A DNA stretch of 64,000 bases from Sphingomonadales bacterium Ga0077531 (GTDB lineage Bacteria; Pseudomonadota; Alphaproteobacteria; Sphingomonadales; Sphingomonadaceae): positions 42,469-106,468 of the forward strand of contig LNED01000043.1 in assembly GCA_001464915.1 (NCBI GenBank), in the 5' to 3' direction. The position numbers and the translations under genes are program-made. The notes below the pieces were generated by a model. That model had not been told where the DNA came from and searched no databases. It saw only the letters and a program-made list of their open reading frames with translations. Of this stretch, positions 50,015 through 60,489 are shown in pieces (position 1 is the stretch's first letter; every line of letters starts with the position of its first letter).

Positions 50015-51849
50015 TTAAGTTCCGCCCGAAATAGCCCGCGCAGGGCATTGCCGAGCCAGAAGCCGTGTTTCAAATCGTCCAAAGTCAGTTCTTTCTCGCG
50101 GGCGCGGCCGTCGGCGATCAGCTGTTCGCGCATCACGCCGGGCAGCAAGCCTAGGTGGGCGGGCGGGGTCAGCAGCACGCCATCCGGCCCATCGGCAAAC
50201 ACGCCGGTAAAGCTGCCTTCGGTCACTAGCCCATCGCCGCGCACAAGTATCGTTTCGCCTGCGCCCATACTCCGCGCTGCGGCCAGCGCATCGTCATAAA
50301 ACCCCCGGTCAGATGTCTTGTGCGCCAACCGCCAATCGCTCGGATCAAGCGGATTGGGCAGCGCGATCACCTTGACCGGTTCGCCAATCGGCGCGGGCAG
50401 CGGCCCGGCTTCCAGCGCGCATCCCCCATTGCGCGAGGTCAGCAATCGCACTCGCGCCGGGGCATCGAGTTCAAAACACAGCGCCTGAATCTGGTTACGC
50501 ACGGCATGGCGATCAAACGCAAAGCCGAGCGTTTCCGCGCTGCGCTTCATCCGCGCCAGATGCAGTTCGAGCAGCGCGATACCGCTATCGGGCTCAAACC
50601 GCATGGTCTCGATCAGGTCAAGCGCAGGGGCAGCCAGATCGGGCGCGGCGCGGCGCACAAACCCGGCCTTGACCTCGCATTCGCGTCGTTCGGACAAAGC
50701 GTCGCTATCCGCCACAATCGCCGATCCGATGCCGAGCACCGCGCTGCCCTGCCCGTTTTCGATCGGAGTCAGCCGCAGCGTACGGATCGCCACATTGAAC
50801 GCGGCATTTCCGTCTTCATCGATCCGGCCAATCGCCCCGCAATAAGGCCCGCGCGCATCGCGCTCGATATCGCTGAGCAGTTCCATCGCCCGGATCTTGG
50901 GCGCGCCGGTGATCGACCCGCACGGGAACAGCGCCCGGACGAGGTCCATCGCGCCGTTACCGGGGCTGAGCCGCGCGCGCACGGTCGATACCATCTGATG
51001 CACCGTCGGGTAGCTTTCGACCGCGAAGGCTGCGTCGACCACCACGCTCCCCGCTTCGGCCACGCGCGCCAGATCATTGCGCATCAGATCGACGATCATC
51101 AGGTTTTCAGCGCGGTCTTTGACCGATGTGGCAAGGTCTTGCGCTAGAGCGGCGTCGGCCTGCGGGTCAGCTGCACGGGGGCGGGTGCCCTTCATCGGCT
51201 TGACCTTGGCCTCAGCGCCATTGAGAGCCACGAACAGCTCGGGCGAAAAGCTGAGCAGCCAGTGCGAGCCATCAAATACCAACCCGCCATATCCCGCCGC
51301 CGCCGCACTACGCAGGGCGGCGTACAGCCCGACCGGATCGCCGCGATAGGAACCGGCAAGCAGGTAGGTGAGGTTCGCCTGATAAATATCGCCCGCGTGA
51401 ATCGCCTCACGCAAAGCCTCGAATGCGGCGTTGTAGCCACCCGGCGAAAGCTGCGGTTCCATCGGCCCAATGCTGCCTGTGCCCTCCGCCCGTGCGGCCA
51501 GCCAACCGGGGACATCGCCCGCCGTAATCCGGGTCGGCGCGTCGAACAGGCCGAGCCAGACCAGCGGCCCCGCCGCGCCTGACCGCGCCGCTGCCACACC
51601 TGCCAGTTTCGGTTCCAGCGCAATTCCGGCCTCGTAAGCAATATACCCCGCCAACGATCCGCCCCGCGCCTGCCGAGCCGCATCCGCCGCTGCGAGCGCG
51701 CCTGCGACCTCGTCCGGCCGGGCCGCTACAAACACTGCGCGCGGGGATTCATACAGCAGCGCATCGGCGCCGCCATCCCCGGCGCGGGCATCATCAAGCA
51801 GGACGAATGGTGTGGGCTGACCCATGCGCAGACCCTTAGCCGAATTCAT
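50011..51849 (-). CDS. pabB: aminodeoxychorismate synthase component I fused to class IV aminotransferase (PabB-PabC fusion)
   Basis: Chorismate-binding domain (PCGSITGAPK). C-terminal ~200 aa are ADC-lyase-like (LIETMRF...). First ATG at 51849; the track ORF starts at a TTG at 51855. Confidence 0.85.
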   Translation of the reverse strand: MNSAKGLRMGQPTPFVLLDDARAGDGGADALLYESPRAVFVAARPDEVAGALAAADAARQARGGSLAGYIAYEAGIALEPKLAGVAAARSGAAGPLVWLGLFDAPTRITAGDVPGWLAARAEGTGSIGPMEPQLSPGGYNAAFEALREAIHAGDIYQANLTYLLAGSYRGDPVGLYAALRSAAAAGYGGLVFDGSHWLLSFSPELFVALNGAEAKVKPMKGTRPRAADPQADAALAQDLATSVKDRAENLMIVDLMRNDLARVAEAGSVVVDAAFAVESYPTVHQMVSTVRARLSPGNGAMDLVRALFPCGSITGAPKIRAMELLSDIERDARGPYCGAIGRIDEDGNAAFNVAIRTLRLTPIENGQGSAVLGIGSAIVADSDALSERRECEVKAGFVRRAAPDLAAPALDLIETMRFEPDSGIALLELHLARMKRSAETLGFAFDRHAVRNQIQALCFELDAPARVRLLTSRNGGCALEAGPLPAPIGEPVKVIALPNPLDPSDWRLAHKTSDRGFYDDALAAARSMGAGETILVRGDGLVTEGSFTGVFADGPDGVLLTPPAHLGLLPGVMREQLIADGRAREKELTLDDLKHGFWLGNALRGLFRAELK

Positions 51850-51924
51850 CGCCAAGTCGAGAACTTGACCGCCGCGCCCGCCCCCGTCACATCAGCGCCG
51901 AACACATCGTGACGGGGACTTAAA

Positions 51925-53463
51925 ATGGCGGAAATGGAAGGCGATATCTATCTCGGGCTGGGCAGCGACGGATCGCGCCAGGCACTCGCGCTCAGCCGGT
52001 CAAACCGCCACGGTTTGATTGCGGGCGCGACCGGGACCGGCAAAACCGTGACTTTGCAGGGTATCGCTGAAAGCTTTTCCGCCGCCGGGGTGCCGGTGTT
52101 TGTCGCGGACGTGAAAGGCGATCTGTCGGGCATCGCCATGCCCGGTTCGCCGACCTTCAAACACGCCGACAAGCTGGAAAGCCGCGCCAAGGAATTGGGC
52201 ATCGCCGATTATACCTATTCCGATAATCCAGTGATTTTCTGGGATTTGTTCGGTGAGCAAGGCCACCCGATCCGCACCACGATTTCGGAAATGGGCCCGC
52301 TGCTGCTCGCCCGGTTGCTTGATCTGAACGAAACGCAGGAAGGCGTGTTGCAGATCATTTTCAAATACGCCGACGAGAACGGGCTGCTGCTGCTCGACCT
52401 GGGCGATCTGACCGCATTGCTGGCTTGGGCGAACGAGAATGCGGCGGAACTTTCGGGCAAATATGGCAATGTCACCAAGCCTTCGGTCGGATCGATCCAG
52501 CGGCAATTGCTGAGCTTTGAAGCGCAGGGGGCGGAGCATTTCTTTGGCGAACCGGCGCTGGAGATCGAGGATTTTCTGAAGGTTGACGAGTCCGGGCGCG
52601 GGTACGTCAATGTGCTGGCCGCCGATCAGCTGATGCGCAGCCCCAAGCTTTACGCGACTTTCCTGCTGTGGCTACTGGCCGAATTGTTCGAAAGCCTGCC
52701 CGAAGTCGGCGACCCGGAAAAGCCCAAGCTGGTGTTCTTTTTTGACGAGGCACACTTGCTGTTCGACGATGCGCCCGATGCGCTTCAGGACAAGATCGAA
52801 CAGGTCGTCCGCCTGATCCGGTCGAAGGGTGTTGGCGTGTTCTTCGTCACCCAGAACCCGATTGATATTCCTGAGAAAGTTGCAGGGCAGTTGGGTAACC
52901 GGGTGCAGCACGCCTTGCGCGCTTTCACCCCGCGTGATCAGCGGGCGATCAAGGCGGCGTCGGAGACGTTCCGGATCAATCCCAAGCTGGATGTCCAGGT
53001 CGCGATCACCGAGCTGAAAGTGGGCGAGGCGCTGGTCTCAACCCTCGACGAAGACGGCGCGCCGACCGTGGTGGAACGCACTTTGATCAAGCCGCCGCGG
53101 TCACGGCTCGGCCCGGTGACGCCCAAGGAACGCGCGATTATTCAGTCGATTAGCCCGGTTGTGGGCAAGTATGATACCCGCGCCGACCGCGAGAGCGCCG
53201 AAGAAGTGCTCGCCGCCAAGGCTGCCGACGCCGCCGCCACTGCACAGGAGGTGGAGGAAAAGGGCCGCGAGGAAGTCGCCAAGCGCGAACGCAAAACGCC
53301 TTCGATGTGGGAAAAGGCCGGCAAGAGCGCAATGACTGCGGCAGGCGGTTCAATCGCTTCGATTGCGGTCGCGGCGGTGCTTGGCAAGAAATCGGGCGCG
53401 AACCCATTAAAGACCGGCGCGACCGCTTTTGTGCGCAATCTGATCGGCGGGCTGATGCGCTGA
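51925..53463 (+). CDS. HerA-like helicase domain NTPase (DUF853/YjgR family)
   Basis: 512 aa. Walker A GATGTGKT, Walker B region LVFFFDEAH. Confidence 0.85.
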   Translation: MAEMEGDIYLGLGSDGSRQALALSRSNRHGLIAGATGTGKTVTLQGIAESFSAAGVPVFVADVKGDLSGIAMPGSPTFKHADKLESRAKELGIADYTYSDNPVIFWDLFGEQGHPIRTTISEMGPLLLARLLDLNETQEGVLQIIFKYADENGLLLLDLGDLTALLAWANENAAELSGKYGNVTKPSVGSIQRQLLSFEAQGAEHFFGEPALEIEDFLKVDESGRGYVNVLAADQLMRSPKLYATFLLWLLAELFESLPEVGDPEKPKLVFFFDEAHLLFDDAPDALQDKIEQVVRLIRSKGVGVFFVTQNPIDIPEKVAGQLGNRVQHALRAFTPRDQRAIKAASETFRINPKLDVQVAITELKVGEALVSTLDEDGAPTVVERTLIKPPRSRLGPVTPKERAIIQSISPVVGKYDTRADRESAEEVLAAKAADAAATAQEVEEKGREEVAKRERKTPSMWEKAGKSAMTAAGGSIASIAVAAVLGKKSGANPLKTGATAFVRNLIGGLMR

Positions 53464-53484
53464 AAGGCCCCGCCGAAACCACAA

Positions 53485-53500
53485 TGTTCCACGTGAAACA
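53485..53500. other. parS: parS centromere-like ParB-binding site
   Basis: TGTTCCACGTGAAACA is an exact match to the canonical 16-bp parS. It is embedded in the 28-bp palindrome 53479-53506 and is intergenic. Confidence 0.7.
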
Positions 53501-53570
53501 TTGTGGCAAGCAGCGGTCTAGTCGGGGTCAAGCCGGGGCCTAGCCCGGCCTAACCCCGAGCTCGTCCGCG

Positions 53571-53954
53571 TCAACTTTCGGCCGCGACCATGCAAAATGC
53601 GTTCAGCTTGTTGCCATCGGGATCGCGGAAGTAGCCGGCATAGAAGCCTTCGTCTCCGCGCGGGCCGGGCGCGCCTTCGTCGCTTCCGCCATTCGCCATC
53701 GCGGTCGCATAAATCGCATCGACTGCTTCGGGCGTTTTGACTTCGAGCGCGACCATCACCCCGTTGCCGACGCTGGCCGCCTGTCCATCGAACGGCTTGG
53801 TCGCCGCGATGCCCGCGCCGCCGCCCCATTCGCCCCAAGCGATGAAGCTTTCGGTGTCCATCATCCGCCCAACGCCAAAATGCGTGGCCAGCGCGTCATA
53901 GAACGCCGCCGCGCGCGGCAGGTCGTTGGTGCCCACAGTTACGTAACCGATCAT
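53571..53954 (-). CDS. VOC (glyoxalase/bleomycin-resistance) family protein
   Basis: ATG at 53954 (MIGYVTVGTNDL...). 127 aa with the typical VOC fold sequence. Confidence 0.85.
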   Translation of the reverse strand: MIGYVTVGTNDLPRAAAFYDALATHFGVGRMMDTESFIAWGEWGGGAGIAATKPFDGQAASVGNGVMVALEVKTPEAVDAIYATAMANGGSDEGAPGPRGDEGFYAGYFRDPDGNKLNAFCMVAAES

Positions 53955-54158
53955 GTGCGTTTCTCCATCCCGCGCGCCGCCCCTCGCGACTCGCCAATGC
54001 AGGAACATTACCGGAACATAGAATGGCGGACAAGTGTGCTCTGTTGGCCCTTCGGCCCGCCAGCGGGCGGGCCGCAAGCGCAACCGCGCGCCCGCCCGCT
54101 GGCGCGGCACGCGCGAAATGGCGGCGAGGACTGCACGCCGGAGGGCGTGCAGGAAACC

Positions 54159-55979
54159 TTATAGCGGCGCGGTTTCCCGCTCCAGCCATGCCAGATCCTC
54201 GCCTGTCAGCTGCGGGGCGAGGAGCTCCCGCACCTTGGCGTGATAGCCATCGACCCACGCGATTTCGTCCGCCGAAAGCAGCGCCTTGTCGATCAGCTTG
54301 CGATCCAGCGGCACGAAGGTCAGCGTCTCGAACCCGAGGTAACGCCCTTCGGCGCCTGCGATCTGCCGCTCCTCCACCAGCACCAGATTTTCGATCCGGA
54401 TGCCGAACGCACCTTGCTTGTAATAGCCTGGCTCGTTCGAGATGATCATGCCGGCAAACAGTTCCTGCCCCGTACCGGCCTGCCCGCCGCTTGGCTTGGC
54501 GATGCGTTGCGGGCCTTCGTGCACCGCGAGGAAGCTGCCAACCCCGTGTCCGGTGCCGTGGGCATAATCGACCCCCGCTTCCCACAGGTACTGCCGCGCC
54601 AGCACGTCAAGCTGACCGCCGGATGTGCCCTGCGGGAACACAGCGCGGTCAATCTGGATGTGGCCTTTCAGCACGCGGGTGAAGCGGTCGCGCATTTCGG
54701 GCGTCGGTGAACCCAAACCGTCAGGCGTCCCCACCCACACGGTGCGGGTGATGTCGGTCGTCCCGCCCGGATATTGCCCACCGGAGTCCACCAGATAGAT
54801 CGAACCCGGCGGGATCGGGATATTGCTGTCCTCGTCCACCTTGTAATGCGGCAGCGCGGCGTGCCCGGCGGCGGCTGAGATGGTGTCGAACGACAAATCA
54901 CGCAGACCCGCGTCTTCCTCGCGGAAAGCTTGCAAGCGTGCGGCGGCGGCAAGTTCATCGACACCGCCCTTGGGCGCTTCGATTTCGAGCCAGCGCAGAA
55001 ACCGCAAAACCGCCGCCCCGTCACGCACCTGCGCGTCGCGGTGGCCCTGCTGTTCGACCGGGTTTTTCATCGCCTTGGCAAGGATTGTCGGGTCTTGCTT
55101 GAAGGCGAACTTGGCCCCGCCCGTGCGCAACGCCTGCGCAATGCCGACCACTGCGAAATCGGGATCGAGCGCGACGGTCTTGCCAGCAAGATCGCCCGTC
55201 AGCGCGGCTTCAAACCCGGCGCGATCGCGGATCGTCACCGCGTTGCCAAGGTGGCGGGTGAGTTCGGGCGTGACTTTCTCCGGCGCGATGAAAAGTTCGG
55301 CGCTGCCATCGCGGTGCGCGATCACATAGGACAGCGCGACCGGGGTGTGCGCCACATCGCTGCCGCGAATATTGAGCAACCACGCAATCGAATCGAGCGC
55401 CGGGATCACCACCGCGTCATGGCCTTCCTTGACGAGCCAATCGGCCACCGCCGCGCGCTTTTCCGCCGAGGATTGCCCGGCTTGGCTCTCATCATGCGGC
55501 ATCGCCACCGCAGGCGAAGGCGCAGGCTGATCGGCCCACACCGCATCAATCGGGTTGCTGGCCGCGGGCACCAGCGTGATCCCGCGCGGGTTCACCTGAC
55601 CCTCCAGCGCCTCAACCCATTTCCACGTGTGCAGCCACGGATCATAGGCGACCATGGCGCCATCTGCGCACACTTCGGCCAGCCAGCCGCCCAGCGTATC
55701 GGTAGGCAAGCTTTTGTAATCAAACAGCTTTTCATCAACCTGATCGCGCACCTGCACGGTGTAGCGGCCATCGACAAAGATCGCCGCATGATCGAGCGTC
55801 ACGGCTGCAAAGCCCGCCGAACCGCCAAACCCGGTCAGCCACGCCAGCCGCTGGGCATAATCGCCGACATATTCGCTCATATATTCGTCGCTGATGGGCA
55901 CGATGAAGCCATCCACCCCGCGCCGCTTCAACTCCTCACGCAGGGCGGCAAGGCGGGCTTCATGAGTTTGCATCAGCAT
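54159..55979 (-). CDS. pepP: Xaa-Pro aminopeptidase (M24B)
   Basis: ATG at 55979. HGTGHGVG and the EPG region of M24 metallopeptidases. Confidence 0.88.
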   Translation of the reverse strand: MLMQTHEARLAALREELKRRGVDGFIVPISDEYMSEYVGDYAQRLAWLTGFGGSAGFAAVTLDHAAIFVDGRYTVQVRDQVDEKLFDYKSLPTDTLGGWLAEVCADGAMVAYDPWLHTWKWVEALEGQVNPRGITLVPAASNPIDAVWADQPAPSPAVAMPHDESQAGQSSAEKRAAVADWLVKEGHDAVVIPALDSIAWLLNIRGSDVAHTPVALSYVIAHRDGSAELFIAPEKVTPELTRHLGNAVTIRDRAGFEAALTGDLAGKTVALDPDFAVVGIAQALRTGGAKFAFKQDPTILAKAMKNPVEQQGHRDAQVRDGAAVLRFLRWLEIEAPKGGVDELAAAARLQAFREEDAGLRDLSFDTISAAAGHAALPHYKVDEDSNIPIPPGSIYLVDSGGQYPGGTTDITRTVWVGTPDGLGSPTPEMRDRFTRVLKGHIQIDRAVFPQGTSGGQLDVLARQYLWEAGVDYAHGTGHGVGSFLAVHEGPQRIAKPSGGQAGTGQELFAGMIISNEPGYYKQGAFGIRIENLVLVEERQIAGAEGRYLGFETLTFVPLDRKLIDKALLSADEIAWVDGYHAKVRELLAPQLTGEDLAWLERETAPL

Positions 55980-56090
55980 TGGTTCAATCCTTGGGCGGGG
56001 GCGCGGGCACTTGCCGCGCATCAATGTCGCGTTACAAAAGCCAACATAAGCCCATCCGGGCCACGTTTCCACCCAGACCTAAGACGGGAC

Positions 56091-58346
56091 ATGCGACCAA
56101 TGACCAGCCGGATCAGTGCCCACGCTCTTGCTCTTGCGCTTGCCGCCACCACTTTTGCTCCTGCTGCCGCATCCGCAGCCCCCAATGAGGATTCCACCCG
56201 CGTGACCACTTCTGCCGCCGCCGCTGCCCAAACCCCTGCCCCAAAATCTACTGGCGAGATCAAACCCCCGGTCGCGGAGAAGCGCGCGCATTCCTACACC
56301 TATCACGGGATCACCATCGAGGACCCGTATGACTGGCTGTATGACAAGTCCTATCCCGAGGTGAATGACGCCGACGTGCTGGCGCATGTGACCGCCGAAA
56401 ACACCTATTTCGAAGCCAAGATGGCAGCGCAGGCTCCGCTGACCGAGGCGCTGTTCACTGAAATGCGCGCGCGGATCAAGGAAGACGACAGCACCGTTCC
56501 GCAGAAGGATGGCGATTACCTTTACTGGAGCGAGTTCGAGGAAGGCGCGCAGTATCGCAAACATTGGCGGAAAGCCGTTGCGGGCGGTGCGGATGAGCTG
56601 CTGATTGACGAGAACGAGCTTGCCAAGGGGCTGGAATATTTCCGCCTTGGTGCCGCCTCGATCAGCCAGAACGGACGGTTCCTCGCCTATTCGACCGACA
56701 CGTCAGGCGGGGAACGCTACACCGCGCGGATCAAAGATTTGCAGACCGGCGAGCATCTGCCCGACGAGCTCACCAACCTGCGCGGCGATCTGGTTTGGGT
56801 CGCGAATGATACCGCGCTGGTCTACGGCCCCTCGACCGAGGAATGGCGCACGCTGGAGGCCAAGCTCCATGTGATCGGCACGCCGGTGGACAGCGACGTG
56901 ACGCTCTACAAGGAAGAAGACCAGAGCTTTGGCGTCGGCACCGGACTGACCGCGCAGGAAGATTGGCTGGTCATCGCATCGGGCGACAATGAAACCAGCG
57001 AAGTGCGGCTTGTGCCCGCAGCCAACCCCACCGCGACCCCGATTCTGGTGAAGGCGCGGCAGAAGGGCGTCGAATATTCGGTCGATGTCCGAGATGGCGA
57101 ACTGTGGGTGTGGACAAACGACGACCACATCAACTTCCGCTTGGCCAAGGCTGACCTCAAGACGCCAGCAGATTGGCAGACAGTGATCGCGGGATCGGAC
57201 GAATTCTACCTGACCGGATTTGACCTCTACAAGGATTTCTTCGCCACCGAAGGGCGCTTGGACGGTCTGGACCAGATCCAGCTGCGCCAATATGCAGCAC
57301 CGGCCAAGGTGACCCCGATCACCTTCCCCGAGGCGAGCTACACCGCCGGCCTGTCAGACAATCCCGAATATGACGTCGCCAAGCTGCGGCTGTCCTATCA
57401 GAGCATGGTCACGCCTAGCACGGTGTTCGATTATGACGTCAAGACCGGCGGCCTGACGCAGTTGAAGCAGCAGGAAATCCCGAGCGGTTATGACGCCAGC
57501 CTCTACGTCACCGAGCGGGTGACGGTGGCAGCGCGCGACGGGACGATGGTGCCGGTCAGCATCGTCATGCGCAAAGACCGCGCCGCAATCCTCAAGGCGG
57601 CAGGCATCGAAGGGCCGGGGCCGCTGCATCTTTATGCGTATGGCGCCTATGGCTATGCGATCCCGCCGGGCTTTTCGACCTCGCGCCTCAGCCTGGTGGA
57701 TCGCGGCTTTGCCTATGCCATCGCCCATATTCGCGGCGGCGATGATCTGGGGCGGCGCTGGTATTTGCAGGGCAAGCTGTTTGAACGCACCAACACTTTC
57801 AACGATTTCGTCGATGCCGGACGCGGCTTGATCGCCAAGGGCTACACCGCCGAAGGCAAGGTCACCGCCAGCGGCGGATCGGCCGGCGGCGAGTTGATGG
57901 GCGCGATCATCAATCAGGACGCCCAGCAATATGGCGCGATTGTCGCGCACGTGCCGTTCGTCGATGTGCTGGGGACGATGCTCAACGAAAAACTGCCGCT
58001 GACGCCGGGCGAATGGCAGGAATGGGGCAATCCGATCGAGGACAAGGCGGCGTTTGCCTATATCCTGTCGTACTCGCCCTATGATCAGGTGGTGGCCAAG
58101 GATTACCCGCCGATGCTGGTGACCGCAGGCCTCAACGATCCGCGCGTGACCTATTGGGAACCGGCCAAGTGGGTCGCCAAGCTGCGCGAGGTGAAGACCG
58201 ACGACAACCTGCTGCTGATGAAGACCAACATGGGCGCAGGCCACGGCGGGCAATCGGGGCGGTGGAACAGCCTTAAGGAAACGGCGGAGGAGTTCGCTTT
58301 CATCCTGTGGCAGATGGGGATGGCGCCGAAGCCGGAGGCGAAGTGA
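56091..58346 (+). CDS. S9 family serine peptidase (oligopeptidase B-like), secreted
   Basis: ATG at 56091 gives a signal peptide. Beta-propeller plus catalytic domain with GGSAGG. Confidence 0.88.
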   Translation: MRPMTSRISAHALALALAATTFAPAAASAAPNEDSTRVTTSAAAAAQTPAPKSTGEIKPPVAEKRAHSYTYHGITIEDPYDWLYDKSYPEVNDADVLAHVTAENTYFEAKMAAQAPLTEALFTEMRARIKEDDSTVPQKDGDYLYWSEFEEGAQYRKHWRKAVAGGADELLIDENELAKGLEYFRLGAASISQNGRFLAYSTDTSGGERYTARIKDLQTGEHLPDELTNLRGDLVWVANDTALVYGPSTEEWRTLEAKLHVIGTPVDSDVTLYKEEDQSFGVGTGLTAQEDWLVIASGDNETSEVRLVPAANPTATPILVKARQKGVEYSVDVRDGELWVWTNDDHINFRLAKADLKTPADWQTVIAGSDEFYLTGFDLYKDFFATEGRLDGLDQIQLRQYAAPAKVTPITFPEASYTAGLSDNPEYDVAKLRLSYQSMVTPSTVFDYDVKTGGLTQLKQQEIPSGYDASLYVTERVTVAARDGTMVPVSIVMRKDRAAILKAAGIEGPGPLHLYAYGAYGYAIPPGFSTSRLSLVDRGFAYAIAHIRGGDDLGRRWYLQGKLFERTNTFNDFVDAGRGLIAKGYTAEGKVTASGGSAGGELMGAIINQDAQQYGAIVAHVPFVDVLGTMLNEKLPLTPGEWQEWGNPIEDKAAFAYILSYSPYDQVVAKDYPPMLVTAGLNDPRVTYWEPAKWVAKLREVKTDDNLLLMKTNMGAGHGGQSGRWNSLKETAEEFAFILWQMGMAPKPEAK

Positions 58347-58747
58347 GCCAGCCGAACCGCTTCACCCGCACTTACGTCGCCGCGCCCGAACACATCGACG
58401 AGCTCGGCCATGTCAACAACACGGTGTGGGTGCAGTGGATTCAGGACATGGCGACCGCCCATTGGGACGCAGCGGCGCGCCCGGAAGATCGCGCGGCGTT
58501 CTTCTGGGTCGTGGTGCGGCACGAGATCGATTATCGCGGCAACATTGCCGAGGGCGAAAGCGTAACCGCGACGACGTGGATTGAGGGCCCGGCGCAGGGT
58601 GCCAAATCGCTGCGGCGGGTGGAATTTGCCGATGCATCGGGCAAACGCATCGTCAGCGCGGCGACCACCTGGGCGATGATTGACCGCGCGTCCGGGCGGC
58701 TGGCGCGGGTGCGGCCTGAGATACTCGCTCCGTTCCGCGAAGATTAG
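58343..58747 (+). CDS. 4HBT/YbgC-like acyl-CoA thioesterase
   Basis: GTG at 58343 overlaps the upstream stop (GTGA). Hot-dog thioesterase region DELGHVNN. Confidence 0.75.
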   Translation: MSQPNRFTRTYVAAPEHIDELGHVNNTVWVQWIQDMATAHWDAAARPEDRAAFFWVVVRHEIDYRGNIAEGESVTATTWIEGPAQGAKSLRRVEFADASGKRIVSAATTWAMIDRASGRLARVRPEILAPFRED

Positions 58748-60489
58748 GCTGCGGTGCGCTCCTTGCCCGCCCGGTGCCTCTTTGGCGCCGAGCTGAACAC
58801 AGTCAGCCGTTCATAAGCGAGCCGGTTGCGGCCACTCGCCTTGGCTTCGTACATCAGCGCGTCGGCGCGGGCGTAGAATTCGGCAAATGCCATTTTATGG
58901 CGGCTCGCCTCTGCCAGCACGATCACCCCCATGCTGGCGGTAACCGGCAGCTCCAGCCCCGGCACTGCCTTGGCAATCCGCATCGGGATCGCCTGCCGCA
59001 GTGCCTCGGCCCGTTCGAGCGTGCGTTCCCCGCGCAGCAGCACCACGAATTCCTCACCCCCCAGACGCACCGCAATCGAATCGCGATCATTGCCCGCCCG
59101 GATTGCATCAGCGCAGGCGATCAATGCAGCATCGCCAATCTGATGACCGTGCAGATCGTTGATCGCCTTGAACCGGTCGAGGTCGATCAGCGCGAAGGTA
59201 TCGAACCCCTGAGCCAGCAATTCGTCGAACCGCGCTTCGACCGCGCGGCGGTTCATCAGCCCGGTGAGCGAATCGCGGGTCGATATCTGTTCCAGCAGCC
59301 GCGCCTCGGTCAGCGCCTCGTCACGTTCGCGCCGCAGCGCAAGGAATCGGTCGGCGATGGCGAGGCTGATCACCACCACCTCGATCCCGATCGCGACATA
59401 CATCATCTGGTCAAGGCTGGGCGGGCCAACATACCAGCCCAACCCACGGAGCAACCGCTCGGTCGACGCAAAGATGATCGGGGTCCACGCCACTGCGATA
59501 AATCGTGCAGAGCGGCTGCCGCGCAACACCGCTTCGATTATTGCCGTGCTGATGACGAAGATATACGGCAAGAAGGTGATGAAATAGCCGCGGTCGTCGA
59601 ACAGCTGCGTGGCATCGAGTTGCAGGGCAAAAAACCCTGGCACCGCGATGGTGAAAACGCCCGCGGCAACCGTGATCCGGCGCATCAGCGGCGATTGCGC
59701 ACCGCGTTCAAGGAAATTGGCGAAGAACAGCGCCGATAATCCCCCGCCGATGGCATAAGATAGCGGCGCAACCACCGCCATGAACGCGACCGGCACCGTG
59801 ACCATTGCCGATACCAACCCACCGGCAAACAGCACATAGGTCATCATCGCGCACACCATCGCTGCGTGAACCAGAATGAACCGTTCACGCAGCACCACAT
59901 AAAAGCTGATGTCGAACAACAGCGGCAGCACCAGCATTCCCATCACGAAAGCGAGCAACACGAAGCTGATCGGCCGCAATGCGCCGTTGCTGTTGTCGTG
60001 GGCGATGCGCGCCTCGGTCAACAGCGGGACTGAATGCGGCGCTTCGACGCGCACCAGCAGCGTCCGGGTCTGCGCGGTGATTTCGGGCAAGGGCAACTGG
60101 AACACCGGGCCTTCGGCGAAGGGGCGAGCGTCGGCTTGGGTGTAGCGCCGCGTGCGGATCGCGCCGCTGGCATCGACCGCGTGAAAGGTGATCGTGCTGA
60201 ACCGCGCAATGCGGCTGAAAAACTGGCGCGGCGCCAATTCCCCATTCCAGGCTTGTGCATCGAACCGCAGCCACATGGCAGACACGTCGGAACGCCAACC
60301 ATCATTGGTGCACGTCCATTCCCCGCGCACGATCATGGCCGAGGCCGTGGCATCAAGCGGCGCAGCGGCGTGGCAGGAGGGGTCAAAGCTGGGCAGCACC
60401 TGATCATGCGCCGCCGCAGGCCGGGCGATAAACATCGCCAGCAGCATAGCAGCCATGCCGAGCCGGATCAGGAGGCGTAACCTTGCCAT
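58744..60489 (-). CDS. diguanylate cyclase with 7TMR-DISM-type sensor (periplasmic domain plus 7 TM)
   Basis: C-terminal GGDEF domain with RLGGEEFVVL. Signal peptide, extracytoplasmic domain and seven TM segments. ATG at 60489. Confidence 0.85.
   Translation of the reverse strand: MARLRLLIRLGMAAMLLAMFIARPAAAHDQVLPSFDPSCHAAAPLDATASAMIVRGEWTCTNDGWRSDVSAMWLRFDAQAWNGELAPRQFFSRIARFSTITFHAVDASGAIRTRRYTQADARPFAEGPVFQLPLPEITAQTRTLLVRVEAPHSVPLLTEARIAHDNSNGALRPISFVLLAFVMGMLVLPLLFDISFYVVLRERFILVHAAMVCAMMTYVLFAGGLVSAMVTVPVAFMAVVAPLSYAIGGGLSALFFANFLERGAQSPLMRRITVAAGVFTIAVPGFFALQLDATQLFDDRGYFITFLPYIFVISTAIIEAVLRGSRSARFIAVAWTPIIFASTERLLRGLGWYVGPPSLDQMMYVAIGIEVVVISLAIADRFLALRRERDEALTEARLLEQISTRDSLTGLMNRRAVEARFDELLAQGFDTFALIDLDRFKAINDLHGHQIGDAALIACADAIRAGNDRDSIAVRLGGEEFVVLLRGERTLERAEALRQAIPMRIAKAVPGLELPVTASMGVIVLAEASRHKMAFAEFYARADALMYEAKASGRNRLAYERLTVFSSAPKRHRAGKERTAA

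Noticed and set aside
53307-53543. 78-aa ORF containing MFHVKHCG
   Set aside because: This string is simply the parS palindrome read as protein. The ORF overlaps the end of the NTPase gene and intergenic DNA.
55619-55634. Second CACGTG-centred sequence ATTTCCACGTGTGCAG as a possible parS
   Set aside because: Only 9 of 16 positions match parS, it is not symmetric, and it lies inside pepP coding sequence.
54930-56090. 387-codon N-terminal extension of the oligopeptidase B ORF (track ORF 54930..58346)
   Set aside because: This part is antisense to pepP and arginine-rich. A proper signal peptide starts at the ATG at 56091.
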